21,256 bases of DNA from Octopus sinensis (Eukaryota): assembly GCF_006345805.1 (NCBI RefSeq), contig NW_021823767.1, forward strand, positions 1 to 21,256. The letters are read 5' to 3'. This document shows, in pieces, positions 20,975 to 21,256 of this stretch; within the stretch, counting starts at the first letter, position 1; each line of letters opens with the position of its first letter. The translations under genes and the position numbers were made by a program. The notes below the pieces were generated by a model. The model had not been told where the DNA came from. It made no database searches and was given only the letters and a program-made list of their open reading frames with translations.

Positions 20975-21256
20975 CTATAACCCTTTGACTGCTATTTCTA
21001 AATTCGGTATGTGGTAAGGCAACTCGTTGCTAAACCCTTATTGCTTAGTATTACTTAAATTTTCCTCGAATGAGGCTTTTACATGCCGAAGACTACTTGG
21101 TGTAATTGATAATTTTTCCAAATTAATTAATTTCACCCTTCATTATTACGGATAACCATATTTTATCTCAGTAGATGACCATAGCATCTTGTTTTGGCTA
21201 CACGCGGGGGGAAGGGGCTGTTGGCACAATCGTTTCATTCACAAATTGAATTCGGT
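20975..21256 (+). repeat. Inverted copy of the subfamily B array, running off the window
   Basis: Reverse complement of 20306-20586, crossing a unit junction. CTTTGACT occurs at both 20969-20976 and 20983-20990. Confidence 0.92.

Overview
AT-rich, microsatellite-laden animal genomic DNA. The repeat landscape (GT, GATA, GGAA and ATGT tracts plus familiar tRNA-derived SINE relics) looks cephalopod/octopus-like; this is inference. The window contains: (1) a 5'-truncated Tx1/L1-type LINE 3' end (zf-RVT) sitting in a GATA repeat; (2) a candidate first exon and promoter of a membrane-anchored protein; (3) the last two coding exons of a short-chain-collagen-C4-like gene on the minus strand; (4) a rearranged tandem duplication (about 8.2-11.6 kb and 11.9-16.2 kb) that copies one of those exons. 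The main find is at 18.3-21.3 kb: non-coding units each carrying a complete type I hammerhead ribozyme on the minus strand. These are one diverged copy and three near-identical 602-bp tandem copies, with a palindromic dimer-type stem III, an unusually long stem II, compensatory base changes between subfamilies, and head-to-head inverted arms. This is the architecture of Penelope-like pLTRs or non-LTR retrozymes and predicts a 602-nt self-cleaved, possibly circular, RNA. Two further degenerate hammerhead relics lie at about 11.1 kb and 18.0 kb. In two separate fold-backs the inverted arm lacks the ribozyme core. All alignments and folds were done by eye; no searches were run.
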